In this document: positions 60,094-64,000 of the stretch, piece by piece
Layout: each line of letters begins with the position of its first letter
Numbering within the stretch: the first letter of the stretch is position 1
Notes under the pieces: model-generated
The model's database searches: none
What the model was told of the DNA's origin: nothing
What the model saw: the letters and a program-made list of their open reading frames with translations, nothing else
Program-made: the position numbers and the translations under genes
Assembly (NCBI GenBank): GCA_026395815.1
Contig: JAPLXZ010000016.1
Location: 51,698 to 115,697 of the forward strand
DNA length: 64,000 bases
DNA from: Candidatus Pacearchaeota archaeon
GTDB taxonomy: Archaea > Nanobdellota > Nanobdellia > Pacearchaeales > GW2011-AR1
Reading direction: 5' to 3'

Positions 60094-60183
60094 ATGAAAA
60101 ACAAAAAATGCAAATGTTGCGGATGCAATCCATGTAGATATAGTCCAACATGCAAATGTTGTAAATGCAAAAAAGAGAAGTAA
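60094..60183 (+). CDS. 29-aa Cys-rich peptide (MKNKKCKCCGCNPCRYSPTCKCCKCKKEK)
   Basis: GGAG Shine-Dalgarno site 8 nt upstream; 9 Cys in 29 residues; located between iscS and the DUF1858-like/iscU genes. It is absent from the ORF track because it is shorter than 60 aa. Confidence 0.4.
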   Translation: MKNKKCKCCGCNPCRYSPTCKCCKCKKEK

Positions 60184-60185
60184 AA

Positions 60186-60497
60186 ATGGCAAAGAAGAAA
60201 ATAAACAATAAAAAGACAAAGGCAAAAAAACCAAAAAAGAGAATAACTTCATTGAAGAAAGCAAAGAATACGAGAATAAAAAAACAAAAAAAGAAGATAA
60301 CTTCAAAAACAAAAATAAAGAATTTGTTGGATAAAATGCCAGAAGCAGCAGAACTTTTGTTTGACGCAGGCTTGTTTTGCGTTGGCTGTCCTATGAGCAT
60401 GAACGAAACAATTGGACAAGGATGCAAAGCACATGGCATGAAAAAGAAAGAGATTGAAGAACTGATTAAAAAAATAAATCAAAAATTGGAACAATGA
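60186..60497 (+). CDS. DUF1858-like redox-disulfide domain protein with a Lys-rich N-terminus
   Basis: C-terminal AELLFDAGLFCVGCPMS..ETIGQGCKAHG resembles the hybrid-cluster-protein-associated redox disulfide domain; the N-terminal 45 aa are K-rich. Confidence 0.5.
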   Translation: MAKKKINNKKTKAKKPKKRITSLKKAKNTRIKKQKKKITSKTKIKNLLDKMPEAAELLFDAGLFCVGCPMSMNETIGQGCKAHGMKKKEIEELIKKINQKLEQ

Positions 60498-60889
60498 ATT
60501 ATTCTAAGAAAGTGATGCAGAATTTCCTACACCCAAAAAATCTAGGAGAAATGAAAAATCCAGATGGGATTGGAAAAATTGGAAATCCTGTTTGCGGAGA
60601 CATGATGTGGCTTTACATCAAGGTTGAAAAAAACAAGAAAGGAAAGGAAATAATCAAAGACATAAAATTCAGAACATTTGGATGCGCTGCTGCAATTGCA
60701 ACTTCTTCTATGATAACTCAGCTTGCAAAAGGAAAAACCCTTGAAAAAGCAAAAAAGATAACCAGAGATGATGTTGCTGAATCCCTGAAAGGATTGCCTC
60801 CTATCAAAATGCACTGTTCAAACCTTGCAAGTGAAGCACTAAAGTCAGCAATTAAAGATTATAATAAAAAACTGATAAAATCTAAATAA
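60494..60889 (+). CDS. iscU: Fe-S cluster assembly scaffold IscU/NifU
   Basis: NPVCGDMM, FRTFGCAAAIATSS and KMHCSNLA give the three conserved Cys motifs. Confidence 0.85.
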   Translation: MNYSKKVMQNFLHPKNLGEMKNPDGIGKIGNPVCGDMMWLYIKVEKNKKGKEIIKDIKFRTFGCAAAIATSSMITQLAKGKTLEKAKKITRDDVAESLKGLPPIKMHCSNLASEALKSAIKDYNKKLIKSK

Positions 60890-60891
60890 AA

Positions 60892-61815
60892 ATGGAAAAT
60901 AAAATATCAAAAAATATTCTAGAATCAATTGGAAATACTCCTTTAGTTAAAATAAATAAGTTAAATCCAAACAAAAACGTGACTATTTATGCAAAATTAG
61001 AGGGCTTTAATCCTAGCGGAAGCATTAAAGACAGAATTGCCTTAAAGATGATAGAACAAGCAGAAGAAGAAGGAAAATTAAAAAAAGGAAAAACAATCAT
61101 CGAGGCAACTTCAGGAAATACAGGAATAGGATTGGCTATGATCGGAACTGTCAAAGGATATAAAGTGGAAATTGTTATGAGCAAAGCAGTTTCTGAAGAA
61201 AGAATAAAAATGATTCGGGCTTTTGGGGGGAAAGTTATTCTTACTGATGCAAAATTAGGCACTGATGGAGCAATAATAAAAGCTCGAGAACTTGTAAAAA
61301 AGTATCCAAAAAAATATTTTATGCCAGACCAATTTTCAAACGAATACAATAAAATAACCCATTATAAAACAACAGCAGATGAAATTTGGAAACAAACAGA
61401 TGGAAAAATTGATTATTTTGTTTCTGCAATTGGAACTTCAGGAACAATCATGGGTGTTGGAAAATATTTAAAAGAAAAAAACAAAAAGATAAAGATAATT
61501 TGTGCAGAACCAACAAGAGGACATTATATCCAAGGATTAAAAAACATGGAAGAAGCAATTGTTCCGGCGATATATGATCCTACTAAAATAGACAAGAAAA
61601 TAATGATTGAAACAGAAAAGGCATATGAAATTGCAAGAGAAATTATAAAAAAAGAAGGCATCTTTGTAGGGATGAGCAGCGGGGCTTCAATGTATGCTGC
61701 TTTGAAGATTGCAAAAAAGATAAAATCTGGAACAATTGTTGTAATCTTTCCAGATAGAGGAGAAAAATATCTTAGCACTAATTTATTTAAACAGGTAAAA
61801 AAACATGGAAAATAA
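60892..61815 (+). CDS. cysK: cysteine synthase / O-acetylserine sulfhydrylase
   Basis: IGNTPLV, SGSIKDRIA (PLP lysine) and TSGNTGIGLAM. Confidence 0.9.
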   Translation: MENKISKNILESIGNTPLVKINKLNPNKNVTIYAKLEGFNPSGSIKDRIALKMIEQAEEEGKLKKGKTIIEATSGNTGIGLAMIGTVKGYKVEIVMSKAVSEERIKMIRAFGGKVILTDAKLGTDGAIIKARELVKKYPKKYFMPDQFSNEYNKITHYKTTADEIWKQTDGKIDYFVSAIGTSGTIMGVGKYLKEKNKKIKIICAEPTRGHYIQGLKNMEEAIVPAIYDPTKIDKKIMIETEKAYEIAREIIKKEGIFVGMSSGASMYAALKIAKKIKSGTIVVIFPDRGEKYLSTNLFKQVKKHGK

Positions 61816-62278
61816 ATCTGTCGGACTGTTAATTATTGGAATTTCAATTGTAATTGGAATTATTGTTTGGATTTTTAATTCTGCTCTTACTGCAATAGTT
61901 GGAACATCATGTAATATGGGACCTTCTTGCACAATGTATGATACTATAAAAACTCAAACTTGGCTTAGTTTGTCAATTGCAGGAATTATTTTAGTGATAG
62001 GCTTATTTATAATGTTTTTAAAACCAAAAGAAAAAATAATTATTAGAACAAAAAGAGAAAAGAAAAAGAAACTTAATCTCGAAGGACTAGAACAAAATGA
62101 AAAGAAAATTATTGATATTCTTCAGAATGAAAATGGCGCAATTTTCCAAAGTACTTTAATGGAAAAATTGGAAATGGGAAAAGTCGGCATTACTCGGTTA
62201 TTGGATAAGTTAGAAGCAAAGCAGCTAATCGAAAGGAAAAGAAGAGGTATGAATAATATAGTAGTACTAAAAAATTGA
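61805..62278 (+). CDS. membrane-anchored winged-helix protein
   Basis: Two N-terminal TM helices, with a C-terminal wHTH-like ...ITRLLDKLEAKQLIERKRRG. Confidence 0.45.
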   Translation: MENKSVGLLIIGISIVIGIIVWIFNSALTAIVGTSCNMGPSCTMYDTIKTQTWLSLSIAGIILVIGLFIMFLKPKEKIIIRTKREKKKKLNLEGLEQNEKKIIDILQNENGAIFQSTLMEKLEMGKVGITRLLDKLEAKQLIERKRRGMNNIVVLKN

Positions 62279-62423
62279 ATGTTATCCATCCCAAAATACA
62301 AAATAGGAAATTTTGCATAAGGTATGAATAATATAGTCGTTTTGAAGCAGTGAAACTAGTTTCTCCAAAGCGAATATAATAAACCATTCTTTTACTTTTT
62401 TAATTAAATTTTGGGGACAAAAA

Positions 62424-63257
62424 ATGAACAATTGGATAATTGTAGGAATTATTGCTGGACTGTTGATTGTAGGCGGAATTGCATTAGTAAGTGCTATCTC
62501 TGTTGATAACACAAACCAACCGGCAACTACTTCTACATGCACTAGCTGTGGTGGAAAATGCTTGCCGGAGCTTCCAAAAAAAGGAGAATATATGCTAGAA
62601 TATATAAAAAATCCAGGAAGATTAAGTTGTTTAAACGAATTCAGAAATGCGGTAAGAGGACATAGTTTAGTTAAGATTCAGACAGTGGGACCAGTAACAA
62701 TTCTTTCTGACAGTAAAAACGAATATACCGAAGAGCAAGCAATTAACATAACAAAAGAGCATATTTTAAGGATTTTAGATAAATTAAACGTGGAAAATAT
62801 AATCTGCTTTTTAGATGAGCCCTCTTTAGAAACAGCGGGCTTTGATTACAAGTCAATGGACATGAGCAAGAAAGAATATGAATCTCTTGGAATTAAGAGT
62901 GTAGACTATAAGGCTCTTTGGAGAGAATTGCATAAGAGATTAATCCCGCAGATTAATCAAGAAAGATTAGAATTTGGAGTACATACCTGTGGAAATTTTA
63001 ATTGGGAAAAATTATTTGACTTAGATTTTATCAAAATTGTCAGTTTTGATGCTTCAAAATACGCACAAAAACTCGTTTCTTCAAAGACATTTAGGAGTGG
63101 AAGAGAGATTGCCTGGGGAGTAAAAAACAGGAGTGATGTTTTAAGTTTTAGAAAAGGAGATTTCTTAACTCCTCCTTGTGGGTTGGGAAACTTAGCCGAT
63201 GAAAGAGAATGCGAATCTATTCTGGAAAATTTGGTAAGGATAAAAGGAGAGATATAA
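62424..63257 (+). CDS. signal-anchored MetE C-terminal-domain-like (UROD/MetE superfamily) protein
   Basis: N-terminal TM helix, CTSCGGKC, then ICFLDEPSL (MetE IQIDEP-like), GVHTCGNF (His/Cys zinc-ligand-like) and PPCGLG. Confidence 0.4.
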   Translation: MNNWIIVGIIAGLLIVGGIALVSAISVDNTNQPATTSTCTSCGGKCLPELPKKGEYMLEYIKNPGRLSCLNEFRNAVRGHSLVKIQTVGPVTILSDSKNEYTEEQAINITKEHILRILDKLNVENIICFLDEPSLETAGFDYKSMDMSKKEYESLGIKSVDYKALWRELHKRLIPQINQERLEFGVHTCGNFNWEKLFDLDFIKIVSFDASKYAQKLVSSKTFRSGREIAWGVKNRSDVLSFRKGDFLTPPCGLGNLADERECESILENLVRIKGEI

Positions 63258-63278
63258 TTCCTGTTATTATTTTTAGAA

Positions 63279-63698
63279 TTACAATTTATATTGTCCTTCT
63301 TTCTCTTTAAGCCAATTAAAAAGTTCATTATTTGGAATTGTTACCGGATCTATCTCCTCAGAGGCATTATCAGTATCGATGTAATACCAACCCCTACCTC
63401 CCTGGCTTACTGGTTTGTCAAAAGCCACAAATCTCCCAGTCTTTTTATCAACAGTACCAAGACATTTTTCTAGAATCATACCTTCCGGCATAGGCTCTAA
63501 TTCCTCTTTGGGATGTACTGTTCCGAAAGGTGCACCAGTACCCCAGTGATATTCTTCAAATAAAAAATAATGTCCGAATTTCTCCCGAATACCTACAAAA
63601 CCCTTTGTAGTTATATTAAAAACTCCGAAAGCTAAATTTCTAGAATGTATTCTGTATAAAACTCTGTTTTTACATTCGTCAAGGAGTATCCTTTCCAT
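63279..63698 (-). CDS. hypothetical protein
   Basis: 139-aa ORF with no recognised domain. Confidence 0.4.
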   Translation of the reverse strand: MERILLDECKNRVLYRIHSRNLAFGVFNITTKGFVGIREKFGHYFLFEEYHWGTGAPFGTVHPKEELEPMPEGMILEKCLGTVDKKTGRFVAFDKPVSQGGRGWYYIDTDNASEEIDPVTIPNNELFNWLKEKEGQYKL

Positions 63699-63837
63699 TA
63701 AACTCTTCTAATCGATTCAATAATATAAATATTTTTATAATTGAAAATGATAGACTTTTAACGAACTTCTTATCTTTAATGGAAAATACTTTAAACGATT
63801 AACTATAAAAATAGATTTTGATAATTTAATATTAATA

Positions 63838-64000
63838 TGAATATAGAAACTCGTGTTAAACAAACCTTATCAAAAATGAAGTTGAATAAGAAAGAAAGAA
63901 TTCTTATAGCGATGTCAGGAGGAAAAGATTCAAGTGTTGTTGCATATCTTTTAAAAAAGCAAGGATACAGGATTGAAGGGTTTCACATTGATTTGGGAAT
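63838..64000 (+). CDS. PP-loop ATPase (tRNA-modification family), 5' portion only
   Basis: [39 protein letters not shown] carries an SGGKDS PP-loop; it is truncated by the window end. Confidence 0.6.

Overview
Low-GC (about 30%) archaeal chromosome segment. Shine-Dalgarno (GGAGG) sites and oligo-T terminators are common, and gene content plus several reduced proteins suggest a small-genome (DPANN-like) archaeon. The backbone is information-processing genes: rpoH-rpoB-(small ORF)-rpoA(fused A'/A'')-nusA-rps12-rps7-fusA-[3 unknown genes]-tuf on the minus strand; L35Ae/L10e; a PIN(Fcf1-like)-rpoE'-spt4-S24e-S27ae cluster; dnaG, hisS with an adjacent tRNA-His, ksgA, a Dph6-like gene, scpA, an Lhr helicase, and iscS-iscU-cysK. 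Other genes encode a patatin-like lipase, a B12-radical SAM enzyme, peptidase U32, mscL, an MFS transporter, a Ddl-like ATP-grasp protein, a DisA-like cyclase, a secreted repeat protein, a class-III-signal pilin and a wHTH-TM-beta-propeller protein. No rRNA, CRISPR array, integrase or transposase was recognised. The most unusual regions are: (1) a ~130-bp repeat family in 2.5 copies bracketing an AT-rich orphan ORF next to the Lhr helicase; (2) a tandem gene cassette whose promoter and start module is triplicated and fused to a truncated GluRS-like gene, with a G7-tract frameshift in one paralog; (3) 49-bp perfect direct repeats flanking a radical-SAM gene; (4) a 3-gene insertion between fusA and tuf; (5) a 4-gene operon of unknowns with an NTase-HEPN protein; (6) three translationally coupled unknown genes (one PIN-like) beside a GC-rich island carrying a non-canonical tRNA-Trp-like element; (7) a 29-aa, 9-Cys peptide inside the isc operon.
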